Shown here: in pieces, positions 1 through 12,070 of the stretch
Position numbering within the stretch: the stretch's first letter is position 1
How the letters are laid out: every line of letters begins with the position of its first letter
Assembly: GCF_006345805.1 (NCBI RefSeq)
Contig: NW_021835956.1
Coordinates: 106,372-170,371, forward strand
Length of the DNA: 64,000 bases
Reading direction: 5' to 3'
Origin: Octopus sinensis
Lineage: Eukaryota
Translations under genes and position numbers: made by a program
Notes under the pieces: model-generated
What the model was told of the DNA's origin: nothing
Databases searched by the model: none
Seen by the model: only the letters and a program-made list of their open reading frames with translations

Positions 1-59
1 TGCACACCACAGGACTTTTTGCATACCATAGGACTTTTTGAATGATTACACAGGAATGA

Positions 60-830
60 TTGCACAGTAATAACAACAAAATTATTTCCCTGCATATTTT
101 AATTATCTCAATGATTTTTAACAGCCCAGCTGCTTTCTTTCCTTATATATTTTTAATTATACTTTCAACCGGATAATTACTGACTTTCATTGCTGTTGTC
201 TCTGCTTGGTCTATGTAGAGTTGTTCTGTTCTCTCCTCTTCTTGTTTACCAACATCACATTGTAGCATTTTAATGCATCTTTCTTCTTGGTGTTAGCGAC
301 TGCAAGAGTACCGTTGCCATTCACTTTTCTCAAACGACATGTTGATTCACTGAAATTTCTGATACCCACATTACAAAACGTTTGTAAACTTCTTGCTTTC
401 AGCTTCTCCATCTCTACATATACCTATCTTATCTTCTAGCTACCCAATGTTGTTCCTTTGCTTCCCCTACTCTTCCATTATTTTCCGACCTGACACTTGG
501 CCCATATGATTCTACCTACAATACTATTCCGACAACATGACACCTTTAGTCTAACAGACCCTTGCTCCATCCACAGATCTAGTTTTTGTATCACAGCAGT
601 TTGTCTTGTTGAAACATGCATTTGTTCTCTCCTTTATTAGTTCCTATCTCCTTCTCATATGCGCCAAGTAGTACCAATTAAACCTATGTTTGATTGTGAG
701 TTCTTTCAGTTACCATACTTTATAGATTGCTTTGTATCTCTGAGTCAGTCTGGATCTTTTGTATTCACAACCAGGTACCTATCTCGTTTCTAGTTACAAC
801 CATATCTATCACTGTTTTCTTGGCTGTTCT
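60..830 (-). mobile_element. Decayed RTE-clade LINE fragment (EN-RT linker and start of RT)
   Basis: The minus-strand translation CRLRKVNGNGTLAVANTKKKDALKCY aligns to CVRKEDGSLALNEGAKRETWRRHY of the RTE at 27.8 kb. A KAAGL/KAPGP-like motif lies near 130. Many stops and indels. Confidence 0.6.
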
Positions 831-3123
831 GTTGTCAGTATGGCTTGCATGTTTTCATAAGTAGAAGGTGATCAGTTGGCATGGGCAACTTTATGTAGAG
901 TAATATAAAATAGTATAATAAAATATAGCATATAATATAATGTAATATAACATAAATTAGTGTATTGTGCTCTATGGGTTTGCACTAAATGTGTGTGTGT
1001 GTGTGTGTACATGGTAGCAGAGTATACGGACACTATCTGCAGAAAGGTCGCTTATTCTGAAGAGCTCACTGGAACATAACACTTGTTAAATGATAAAAAT
1101 GAAACTTTTGGAACCAGTCAACACTCCACTGAATACATCCTAAGATTTTGGTCCCCAACCTCGTGTGTGTGTGTGTGTAATGCAATGCCTTCGAGCATAA
1201 TGCGCTCATTGTATATATTACATTTTATTTTTATTTTAGTTTCATTGCTTTTTTATTTTACCATACACAATCCTCACACTCATATCATGAATTCTGGCCA
1301 ATACCATACAGCAGATTTGTTCTCTTTATATGATCAAACGGTTCTGCAGTATCTGTAGGTGGCACCAGTCATTTTTCTTGTAATGGCTTCACAAAACCAC
1401 TGAATGCTGGCACTAGCTTTCATTACCGATCAGGAATCGGAAAATTTCATACCCGTGGCCTTGCCAGGGAACTCATAGTATTGTGTGTGAGTATTCAATT
1501 TTTGTATAATATACTTGATATATTCTTCTATTTCCATAATGTTGAGGTATGCTTCTTTGTTGCATATGTATTAAATTGTTATATGTATGTGCGTGTGTGT
1601 GTGTGTGATACAAAAACACAAGAAATAAATAAGGTCAGCCCAATAGAGTTGTGGTGTCACAAGCATATGGATATATGCTTGTGACCACCACAACTCTATT
1701 GTCTTGCTTGCCAGTCCTCATATTGAAACGTGGTGCATAAAAAGTCTGTAAATAAATTTTTGTTATCGACAATGGAAGTAGCATCCACTGTCCTTTGGGC
1801 AGGTATTTGCAGGTCACAAGTTATATGTGTATGGTCTTTCACTAATAATCTATCATCTTGGTGGTTTTGTTTTACTCTTCAGGCTGTATTTCTAACACTT
1901 CAATCGGTACATTGTATTTATCATCTAACTTCATATCTTCCATCGTCCTCATGAGAATATGACTAGACTTTCAAGTGACAGGAATGCGAGTGATTTCCTT
2001 CACACGTATTCTACTCTTTATTTTATTTTTTTCATCTTTCTGTTGCTCTAGATGGGTTGTTATGTTAATACATATTGTTTAGGTCCTCCTCACAGTCGCA
2101 ATGTTGTAGGATGGTTTTATTGGTTTTGGCTGGAGTAGGTTTCTGACCGATGACTTTTGGAATGAGGTTAGAGCAATCTCCCTTGCTATTCCTCAGATGT
2201 CACTCGATGGTGTTTTGATAAAATAATTTTTTGGTCTGCTGTTATTGTTGCTGTTACTTTTTCCTCTTTACTATTTTACAATTATTCTAGGCAGAAAAAG
2301 TTAAATCAAGTATAATGTTAAAAAGGTTGCATATAAGATTTCCACTTATACATCCCAGCCTCATTACTTGCCTTTTTGCACCCAAGATGTGGCAAAGTTA
2401 CAGAACAGAGTCCAGTTGTCTTTGGAAGTCACGAGAGCTTTCTCACCCAAGCCTCAGTTTTTGAAAATCAATCTTATGCCCCAATAATCCATATTCCAAA
2501 ATTAGTGGCTGTCTCAATACTGTCTCTCAAAACAATACTTTGACCCCTTAAGATTAGTTTGCTTTCTTATTTGGCAAAATGAACCTACGTGTGTTTGACG
2601 TTGATGATGATTAATATCGTCACACAAACTGTTCAAATTTCTGCTCTAACTTCTATCAAAACATCCTTATTTTTCTATGTTGAATGTGTGAGTCTTGCTG
2701 GGGAATTTAATTTACTCTTATATTTTATTATTTTTATTCTTGTATGGTTATATAAAAAGCATGAAACAGAGAGTATTAAAAAAGTCGACAACTGAGGAGG
2801 AGTCACATTTCTTTTGGTATTTTGTCTTGTACTTATCTCTGTGTGTTTACGTATTTTTCACTTTCACTCGGTGATGTCCTGTACTTGATAAGTATTTTTT
2901 ACTGAGGCAATGACATACACAGCTGTCTAAATATCCTTCTCAGAAAAAATATAGATGTGTATATTTGTCAACAGAGTGGCGACTGCTCTCTGTTACTGGA
3001 TGCTTTTTTTCAGCTTCAATAACAAAGAGTAGTCATGTTATATAACCACACTGTTATGTAATTTCCAGTTAACCAGTTGTAAAGATTGACTGAAATGGAT
3101 CCCATAATATTGTACAGCTTGAT

Positions 3124-3154
<31 letters not shown>

Positions 3155-3165
3155 GTATGCGTGTA

Positions 3166-3200
<35 letters not shown>

Positions 3201-3682
3201 ACATGTATCCAAGTAGAGTCACGAGGAACACAAATCAGATATAAAACAGAACAATCAACAAGAGTCCAACATCAATATAATTGCAATGTGAAGAAAGAAC
3301 GCAAGAGAAGGAAATGTTTTAGATAGTTATCCTTCAGCAAGAGCAGAAAATATGGAGAATGAGCAATGAAGAAAGTTGACTAACAAAAGAAAAACCCCAC
3401 CGACTGTAGTTGAATAATTTGATGAAAAAGTAGAACAGAAGTGGGTAGGATGAAATGTTTAGAATTGCAGTTAACAACTAAAAGAGAACTAGGGGAGATA
3501 ATCAGGGTATGTTTGGAGAGAAAAGGAGATGTGGGCATGTGGTCGTGCCTGTGTATATGTCCTACAAAATAGATGTTAACAAAAAATGTCAATATAATAA
3601 ACAGAGCCAAGATGTGTGAATGGAACAAAAATACTGTCATTTTGTAGAAGGGAGATAGTGCAGAGTGTGTGTGTGTGCGTGT

Positions 3683-4069
3683 GTGGGAGCACTCCGTCGG
3701 TTACGACGACGAGGGTTCCGGTTGATCTGAATCAACGGAACAGCCTGCACGTGAAATTAATGTGTAAGTGGCTGAGCACTCCACAGACACGTGTACCCTT
3801 AACATAGTTCTTGGGGATATTCAGCGTGACACAGAGAGTGACAAGGCCAGCCCTTTGAAATACAGGTACAACAGAAACAGGAAGTAAGAGTGAGAGAATG
3901 TTGTGGTGAAAGAGTACAGCAGGGATCACCACCATTCCCCGCTGGAGCCTCGTGGAGCTTTTAGGTGTTTTCGCTCAATAAACACTCACAACGCCCAGTC
4001 TGGGAATCGAAACCGCGATCCTATGACCGCGAGTCCGCTGCCCTAACCACTGGGCCATTGCGCCTCCAC
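3683..4069 (-). mobile_element. tRNA-derived SINE (family C, body type 1)
   Basis: The reverse complement starts GTGGAGGCGCAATGGCCCAGTGGTTAGGGCAGCGGACTC...GGTTTCGATTCCC (Pol III A and B boxes). The head is shared with 12955-13261. Confidence 0.8.
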
Positions 4070-4379
4070 GTGTGCATGTGTGCATGCGTGCTGTATGTGT
4101 GTGTGTGAGAAAGTGTATTGATATGACTGTAAAGTGCATGAGAGGAAGATTATCAGATTGTAGAAGTGTTTTAAGGAGCGATAGTGCTTTTAGAGAAAGG
4201 GTAGCACATGCTACATGTAGTAAATGGAAATAAAAGTTTTGTGATATTGTACAGTGCTGTAAATGGTGGGATACGGATAGGAGTGACTTGGAGAGTTGAT
4301 GTGATAGGAAATGGGCCTGAATAATCTGGTGCTATTGTATTGAATGTCCAAAAATTGGCCAATCATCGATCACTTTCCA

Positions 4380-5690
4380 CAATAGGCAAATACCGCTGTT
4401 ATTTCTATCATTAAAGATTCAGGTGAAAACAGTTGTATCCACTCCACTGCCAACCGTTTTCCTTCCTCACTTATCTATCATTCCTGCCCCCTCTACCCTT
4501 TTCAGTGCACCATGCTACGGAAATAACAACTCTTTCAATACAACTGCCATAAATCCAACTTCTATATTTCTGGAACATCTTTTCTTTTGATTTTAACATC
4601 ATCTCAATTTGGGTGATTTTCATCATCATCATCATCATCATCGTTTAACGTCCGCTTTCCATGCTAGCATGAGTTGGACGGTTCAACTGGGGTCTGGGGA
4701 GCCCGAAGGCTGCACCAGGCCAGTCAGATCTGGCAGTGTTTCTACAGCTGGATGCCCTTCCTAATGCCAACCACTCCGAGAGTTCGGAATTCCTTCATCC
4801 ATTGCCATATTCTGTTTGCATTCTTTGACAGCACCATTCCTGTTACAACAGTAGCACCTTAATTCAGAACATCACCTTTCTTAGCTCATCCTTCTTTTCC
4901 ATCAATGTTTCACATGTTCTCTAAAACTTCATCTATTGCATAAAAATAACAATTCTGTGTTCTGTACTGGGAGGCTGGGCGTAAACTAGTTGATCATTTT
5001 GTGAAAGACTTGTTGGACTTTCTATGTAATAACTCGGATCCCTCAGGGCTATGCCCGATAATTTTAATTCCTCAAGTGTCTCGATATTTGTGGCGTTTGA
5101 CAACATTTCTCCCATTCCCAGTCTCTTGCTTGAACATCAATTAACTTACCAGTTAAACACTACTACACCAAGTGGGATTAATAATCAAGTTGCCTTCCTC
5201 TGAAAACACTGCTTTTTCAAATAAAACCACTTCATACATGTACGCTTTCAAAAGGGATCCATACTTAGTCCCCTCCTCCTCATTCCACACACATTTAGGC
5301 AGTGCACTGCTCATCAACCACACACTGACACTGCCACACAGACAAACAACATTATGCTTTATTCGCTACCCACACATCAATGCAGCTCATTCACATTTAT
5401 CCCCCAGAATATATACACACAATCAAACATACCCTGCAAAGCATAAATAATACACTTCATAGCATGCTTTATCTTGTTTATCCCACTTAGCTTTTGCTTC
5501 ATCTTTTTTTTTTTGTTTTTTGTGCTGTAAACCATCATTCTATGCATTTCCACTCTGCTCACTTTGTCCTAACATACAGAATGCTGCTTTTCTGGGATAA
5601 ACATTTTTTTCGTTTCTTTTCAGTTTTCCATTCTTGACGAAGAGCAACTGTCCAAAATATTAAATTCTCTTTTTCACTGTTTACAGTATA
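4380..5690 (+). mobile_element. Decayed Penelope-like element: GIY-YIG endonuclease remnant plus pseudo-LTR, interrupted by an RTE-tail copy
   Basis: 4909-5182 translates, with frameshifts, as FTCS..NFIYCI..C.LY.E.GRKLVDHF...EHQLTYQLNTTTPSGIN, the PLE GIY-YIG pattern. A degenerate hammerhead-like motif TTGACGAAGAG...AAAATATTA lies at 5634-5665. Confidence 0.65.
4620..4785 (-). mobile_element. Short RTE 3'-tail copy ending in (GAT)n
   Basis: Reverse complement of the terminal ~170 bp of the RTE LINE (GGAAGGGCATCCAGCTGTAGAAAC...CCCATGCTAGCATGGAAAGCGGACGTTAAACGATGATG). Confidence 0.85.
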
Positions 5691-6294
5691 ATATTTATAT
5701 TACATTTATATAATGCCATTTGAGAATGCATGAGGATCAGACAGACAGAGAAACAAAGAATTTTATGTATATATAGATGAAACAAAATACATATTGACAC
5801 TCATGGTGTCTGATATTATTACCTTGTAAAATTTGATTTGATTTGGTCGAGCTATTTGGTAATGCATAGAGAACAGACAGACAGGGGGGGGGGCAAAGAA
5901 TTTTATAATTATAGATAAATGTTTATATTATATTTTGTTCTTTCCATTGTTCTTGTTTTCTTTTGACTGTACTTGAATATTGTTTCTTTCGTTTAGCATC
6001 CGTTTATATGTATATATATATATATATGCACATGTATGTATGTTTGGATGTATGTATGTATGTGTGTGTAGGGGGTTATACATTTTCTTTGCAACTTTAA
6101 AGTTGTACATCAGTTGTGCATACTGTAGAATTAAATATGTGAAAAGTATAAATGCAAGTGTTTGTTATATTTATATATATATATTCATTCTTGAGATTGT
6201 TGATATTCTGTACATGTGCCATCATTACTTATACAGACCATGATGCCAATCTGAAATTTTAAAATTATGTTTTGTAGCTGATTTACTGTTATTC

Positions 6295-6684
6295 TTTGGT
6301 AAGTAGCTTGCTTACCAACCACATGGTTCTGGGTTCAGTCCCACTGCGTGGCACTTTAGGCAAGTGTCTTCTACTATAGCCTCGGGCCAACCAAAGCCTT
6401 GTGAGTGGATTTGGTTGATGGAAACTGAAAGAAGCCCATCGTATATATGCATATATATATATATGTATGTGTGTGTATATGTTTGTGTGTCTGTGTTTGT
6501 CCTCACAACATTGCTTGACAACTGATGCTGGTGTGTTTACGTCCCCACAACTTAGCAGCTCAAAAAAAGAGACCGATATAATAAGTACTAAGCTTACAAA
6601 GAATAAGTCCTGGGGTCGATTTGCTCAACTAAAGATGGTGCTACAGCATGGCCACAGTCACATGACTGAAACAAGTAAAAGATT
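6295..6684 (+). mobile_element. tRNA-derived SINE family A with internal (TA)/(TG) microsatellite
   Basis: GGTAAGTAGCTTGCTTACCAACCACATGGTTCTGGGTTCAGTCCC head, central microsatellite, tail ending CAGCATGGCC...TGACTGAAACAAGTAAAAG. About 15 copies in the window. Confidence 0.85.
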
Positions 6685-6944
6685 ACATTGGTTATCCTAA
6701 CAATAGTTTAATGGAATAAACAAATTTTGCATGTCCCTACAAAATAAAATTGAATAAATCATTACATTTTGAAGCTATCAATTATAATATAACCCTTCAA
6801 TCGATGACGATATATTTATAACTGGCTTCATAATGTTTAAAAAGGTTATTCCTATTGTAGATTGACCTCAAGTCACAAAACTTCAAAAGTCAGAATTTTA
6901 AAATTGCACAGTGGTGTTATAATAAGCCAGTATAAGTGTGTAGT

Positions 6945-7280
6945 GAAGGTGCATGTCTCAGTGGTTAGAGCATCAAGCTTACGATCGTAATGTTGTGAGT
7001 TCGAATCCTGGACCAGGCTGTGTGTTGTGTTCTTGAGCAAGACACTTCATTTCCCGTTGCTCCAGTTCACTCAGCTGTAGAAATGAGTTGTGATGTCACA
7101 GTTGCCAAGCTGTATCAACCTTTGCCTTTTCCTTGGATAACATTGGTGGCATGGAGAGGGGAGGCAGGTATGCATGGGCGACTGCTGGTCTTCCATAAAC
7201 AAACTTGATTGGACTTGTGCCTGGGAGGGTAACTTTCTAGATGCAATCCCAGGGTCAGTCATGACCGAAGGGGGTCTCAG
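6945..7280 (+). mobile_element. tRNA-derived SINE with CORE/Meta-like central domain
   Basis: Head CTCAGTGGTTAGAGC...GAGTTCGAATCC, then TGTTGTGTTCTTGAGCAAGACACTT...CCAGTTCACTCAGCTGTAGAAATGAG. Degenerate relatives at 40160-40328 (-) and 49465-49650 (+). Confidence 0.7.
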
Positions 7281-7369
7281 AGGTAAGTGTGTATAGTGTG
7301 TTGCATCGAGACCACCATTATTTTATCAATACAACACACACTATTATATTATAATCTATAAAGGACTGC

Positions 7370-7575
7370 AAGCTGGCAGAGTTGTTAGCATGCTAGGCAA
7401 AATGCTTAGCAGCATTTCATCTGTCCTTACATTCTGAGTTCAAATTCCACCAAGGTTGATTTGCTTTGCATTCTTTCAAGATCAACAAAATAAGTAACAG
7501 TTGAATACTGGGGTCAAGGTAATTGATTAATCCCCTCCCCCAAATTTCTGATCTTGTGCCTATAGTAGAAAGTAT
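7370..7575 (+). mobile_element. tRNA-derived SINE family B (degenerate)
   Basis: GCTGGCAGAGTTGTTAGCATGC...GAGTTCAAATTCC head; matches 14159-14392. Confidence 0.75.
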
Positions 7576-8339
7576 CATAATATAATCCAATTTAGCATTT
7601 TTTTAAATTAGATTTCTCACATATCTATTAAGTCCTTTATAGTTCATTTTGGAACTGTAAGGTATACATATGGGTTCCTAAATCCATCGTAATTATCAAT
7701 GTTCCTAGATTTACACAGCATCATCAATTGGATATAACAAGCATACCTACCTCATTTTATAGTAGAAAACAATGTGATTTCTGAAGATTTATTGCCTGAT
7801 TTTGTTTAAACATTAATGTTTACGTCGATTTTCGGTGACTGTTACATTCCATTCTTTTATCCATGGAGCCATTATCTCATTTTCTTACATACCAATTATT
7901 TTATTTTATTATTTATTGATTGTTTTATTTCATTATTTATTGTCTGATTTGTCTCGTTTCCCTATTCAATAATTGTTTCATTTCTCTATTTAGCATTTCT
8001 TTCATTATAATAATTAATTAATCTATTGCTTTTGATTTACAACTAATCTATTGTTTGCTTTTCTCTTTCTAGAAATTGCTTCAGTTGTGTTTATTATTAT
8101 ATGTTTATATTGCAGTTGATATTTGATTCTGATATACATATAGCATACATACATACATGAATGTATGAATGTATGTATGTATGTATGTATGTAGGTATGT
8201 ATGCATGAATGCATGCATGCATGTGTATATATATGTATGTATGTACGTGTATTTATTTTATTTTATTTTATCTAGTTTCAGCTCATGAGCTGTGGCCATG
8301 CTGGGGCACCGCCATTTGGTGTTGCTACATAATTTTACT

Positions 8340-8660
8340 TCACGAATGCTTTTTAGCAATTGCCATTTGGTGCATGAGAGAGGTTGATGCAGCTGCCCTC
8401 ATCTACACCTCCTGCCGTGAAGTTGGTTCATCTGGGACACCTGACAGGAAGAGATCCAGTTTTATTTTAAAGACATCTGCGTCCACCCCATGCAGGTCTC
8501 TCAGGTTCTTCCGGAGGATATTGAAGAGCTGTGGGCCTCTGAAGCCCAGGCTATCACAGTATCTTGTCCTACATCTTGATGGCAAATTTGGAGTCCTTGG
8601 CACAATGCAGTGGCGCCCAGTTCTAGCATTTGTGTAACTCTCGATGCCAATTTGTGTAAC
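8340..8660 (-). mobile_element. CR1/L2-like LINE 3' fragment (RT C-terminus)
   Basis: Translation RYCDSLGFRGPQLFNILRKNLRDLHGVDADVFKIKLDLFLSGVPDEP fits the GPxLFNxLP...FKxxLDxFL..PD pattern. A second copy lies at 47040-47350. Confidence 0.75.
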
Positions 8661-8769
8661 TCTCGATGTATGCATGTGTGTGTGTATGTGTATGTATATA
8701 TATATATATGTGTATATGTATATGTATGTATATTTATGTATATCTGTATGTATGTATATATATGCACCT

Positions 8770-9095
8770 TTCTGGCACATGTGCTGGTGGCACATCAAAA
8801 ACAACATTCAAGCATGGCCGTTGCCAGTGCCGCCAGGCTGGCTCCTGTGCAGGTAGCACTAAAAAACACCTTCTGAGTGTGGTCGTTGCCAAAACCACTT
8901 GACTGGCACACAAAAGCACAAAGCACCCACTAGACTCTCAGAGTGGTTGGTGTCAGGAAGGGCATCCAGCTGTAGAAACTTTGCCAGATCAGATTGAAGC
9001 CTGTTGTAGCCTTCTGACTTGCCAGTCCTCAGTCAAACCATCCAATCCATGCTAGTATGGAAAGCAGACGTTAAATGATGATGATGATGATGAGG
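8770..9095 (+). mobile_element. RTE 3'UTR/tail copy
   Basis: GGTGGCACAT...CACCCACTAGACTCTCAGAGTGGTTGG...GGAAGGGCATCCAGCTGTAGAAAC...(GAT)n. Confidence 0.8.
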
Positions 9096-9117
9096 AGGAG
9101 GAGGAGGAGGAGGAGGA

Positions 9118-9162
<45 letters not shown>

Positions 9163-9163
<1 letters not shown>

Positions 9164-9266
9164 TTTATTTAAAGCAGCAGAAAATTCAACAAAATCTGTT
9201 ACTCTGAGTTTCCCGTTTCCATTCGTCGGACAGTTTTTGTTGAATTTTCTGCTGCTTTAAATAAAG
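9163..9266 (-). ncRNA. Candidate type I hammerhead ribozyme (degenerate) closed by a 37-bp stem
   Basis: Minus strand reads CTGT-CCGACGA-ATGGAAACGG-GAAAC-TCAGA-GT-A-ACAG. Arms 9163-9199 and 9230-9266 are complementary at 36/37 positions. The core has U4C and stem II is weak. Confidence 0.55.
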
Positions 9267-9612
9267 CATATTACTCTACCACTGGTATTTGAGTACTCTT
9301 TTTTCCACCTTGTTTCACCTTTATGTGTTTACGCCGGTATATATATATATATATATATATATAAAGAGCTTACTTTCAAAACTGGTATAAGTGCATATTT
9401 GGTTGATTTCATGATAACCATTAAAACACAATCTGCAAGCTGATGGCTTCATGCAACATAAAATTTTTTTTCAGTCAAACTGAGGCAGATGCCATAGAGA
9501 CAGTAGGTGAATCTTAGTCTTCCAATCAAAATTAGATATATTCAAGTTGTTTTAAATAATTACTCAAACATCATTCCGATGCATATATCTGGTTTTGAAA
9601 GTTAGCTCTTCA

Positions 9613-9760
9613 TGGCATTAGGAAGGGCATCCAGCTGTAGAAACTCTGCCAGATCAAGATTGGATCCTGGTGCAGCCATCTGGTTCACCAGTCCTCAGTC
9701 AAATCGTCCAACCCATACTAGCATGGAAAGTGGACGTTAAACGATGATGATGATGATGAC
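9613..9760 (+). mobile_element. RTE 3'-tail copy
   Basis: GGCATTAGGAAGGGCATCCAGCTGTAGAAAC...GGACGTTAAACGATGATG. Confidence 0.85.
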
Positions 9761-9762
9761 AT

Positions 9763-9797
<35 letters not shown>

Positions 9798-9989
9798 AGA
9801 AATTTTGAAAAGAATAAATGAACTGTGCCATATCTTATTTAAGTAATAGCATATCTGATTTCATATTCTTCTGAATTTAACCCAACATCCAGCAAAACGG
9901 TTACTGATTTACTTTATCTGTTCCTCTATAAAATTTATACACCATCCTTAACTCATTGAAACCATTATATACTAAAATTATAGTTTCTT

Positions 9990-10260
9990 AATAAACATAC
10001 ATAAATACATTCATACATACACACATACATACATACATACATGCATGCATGCATACATACATACATACATACATACATACATACATGCATGCATACATAC
10101 ATACATACATACATACATACATGCATGCATGCATGCATGCATGCATGCATGCATATACATACATACATACATACACATACATACATACATACATACATAC
10201 ATACATACATACATACAAACATATATACATACGTATGTGCATACATACGTACATACATAA
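9990..10260. repeat. (CATA)n/(CATG)n compound microsatellite
   Basis: Direct inspection; source of the MYVC/HTYI ORFs. Confidence 0.95.
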
Positions 10261-10264
10261 CAAA

Positions 10265-10590
10265 TACTGTCCTGGAATAAATATAGAGTAGCCCCTTGTT
10301 ATTGAATACATGCACAAACACCAGCACAAGGAATACTGGCAGAAAATTCCCATCAAAATATCTGTCAAGTATGAGCATAACAGGCTGGGTATTGTTGTCT
10401 GGGACAGACAAGAAATGATAAGTACAAACAGAGAGATCAGCTGTCCTGATATTGTGAATATCTCTTTGAAAATCAAAGAGAAAGAAGAAAGCATGGACAA
10501 CTGCTTAAAAACCTCCAGCTTCTATATTCAGATTGCAAATTTACATTTATACCAATAATAATTGATAGATATTGGTGGACTAAGCATTTA
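10265..10590 (+). mobile_element. R4/Dong-like LINE fragment (restriction-like endonuclease domain)
   Basis: EYWQKIPIKISVKYEHNR.GIVVWDRQE....EISCPD.VNISLKIKEKE...GQLLKNLQLLY..CKFTFIPII matches the HNRPD...EISCP.D.NI..K..K REL pattern. Confidence 0.7.
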
Positions 10591-10624
10591 CTTACGAAAC
10601 CAAGTGCCCCAATTACTATTGGTA

Positions 10625-11850
10625 TAGTATAAATGTAAATTTCTTATCTGGATACAGATGCTGTAGGTTTCAAATCAGTTGTCCATAGTTATCTTCTTCT
10701 TCTTTGATTTTTGAAGAGATATTTACATCAGCAGGACAGCTGACCTCTGTGATGAAGCATACTTTTTCTTGTCTGCCCCAAGCAACATTATCTGGCCTGT
10801 TATGCTTATACTTGACAGATGATTTGATGAGAATTTTCCAGCAGGATTCTTTGCTCTGGTATTTGTATATTTATTCAATAACAGGGGGATTCTGTATATT
10901 TATTCTAGGACAAGTCTTTTTTCCAAATGGCTGGAACCACGGGCCATACGACCCCTGCCCAATTCAGGATCACAGCCTATAGATAAACTGCAACATAATT
11001 TCTTTTCTTCAACAGGCCCTGCCCTGTTTAACATTGTCCCGAAAAAGATCAAAGAAGAAAAGGATTCCATCAACTTTAAACAGAGTCTGGACAGATTTCT
11101 ACAAGGAATACCAGATAAGCCACCCATACCTGGATACAACTCACTCAACAAGAACTCACTACTTGAATGGACCATAAACAAAACTTGTCTTAAACAGGAT
11201 TTAGATAATCCTATCAGGTGGTGCTATTAAGCAAGACATGGCCTGGACCAATCTTTGGTTGAAACATATGTAAGCTTATCTAAGTTTATACTGTTTTTGT
11301 GACAATGTCATGTCACATAGAGAGGCGGTACCTTGTTGAAAATTTTGGTAAGCTGTTAATCATATGTGCGACGTCTTCCACAGAAATATGACATAGCCTA
11401 CATTTACGGCCGCATCTTGGAACTCCAAGTACTTCACTGTCTCTTTTCTAGATAGGTATTTAGTAGCAATCACCTGTTCTTGGACTGCAAATGCATCATC
11501 TTTGAAGTGTGATGGGATGTAGTGGTCATGAGTCCAAGAGAGGCTTTGCTTCAGTGTTACTATCTTCTTCGAATGTACAAGAAACATATCCATGGTATGC
11601 TGAGCATTTCACTTCCAAGTCTTCTTTAAGGTATGCTAATCCAGCTGATTTTGGGTTGTATGGGAGGTAATCAGGAAGACAGTAGTTCCTGAGGAGCACA
11701 CTTCCAGCATGTAGGATATTGTTTGCTTTGCATTTCAACACCAAGTTAATGTATTTATTTTTGCTACTGTTGTTTAGCAAGTGCTGGCTGAGAGATTCTA
11801 TGCAACATTCAAAGGCTGTCTGCACTGATCTCATGCCTCTATCTCTTTTA
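10625..11850 (-). mobile_element. R4/Dong-like LINE fragment (RT C-terminus, CCHC region, REL), interrupted by a CR1-like fragment
   Basis: 11275-11850 gives AYHG...AFAVQEQVIATKYL...EDVAHMINSLPKFSTRY..HDIV. 10625-10910 gives HNRPDNVAWGRQEKVCFITEVSCPADVNISSKIKEEDNYGQL. Confidence 0.7.
10910..11270 (+). mobile_element. CR1/L2-like LINE 3' fragment (second family)
   Basis: HNFFSSTGPALFNIVPKKIKEEKDSINFKQSLDRFLQGIPDKPPIPGYNSLNKNSLLEW, followed by a short 3'UTR. Confidence 0.75.
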
Positions 11851-11934
11851 TCTCATCTGAAGTAGATCCTGTCAATATCACTATTTTTGAGAAAGATTTC
11901 CAGTTGATGTAAGAATTTTGCAGGTTTTAAAGTC

Positions 11935-12035
11935 TATGTATGTATGTATGTATGTATGTATGTATGTATGTATGTATGTATGTATGTATGTATGTATGTG
12001 TGTGTGTGGTGTGTGTGGTGGTGTGTGGTGTGTGT

Positions 12036-12070
<35 letters not shown>
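11935..12070. repeat. (TATG)n/(TG)n microsatellite
   Basis: Direct inspection. Confidence 0.95.

Noticed and set aside
7-45. Short direct duplications (19 bp here; 22 bp at about 8630; 16 bp at about 15168; 31 bp at about 17942)
   Set aside because: Ordinary slippage duplications within decayed repeats.
3990-4069. tRNA-like sequences here and at 6950, 13190, 16725 and others
   Set aside because: These are SINE heads with A/B boxes, but I could not fold a complete cloverleaf and they run into repeated SINE bodies. Not called as tRNA genes.
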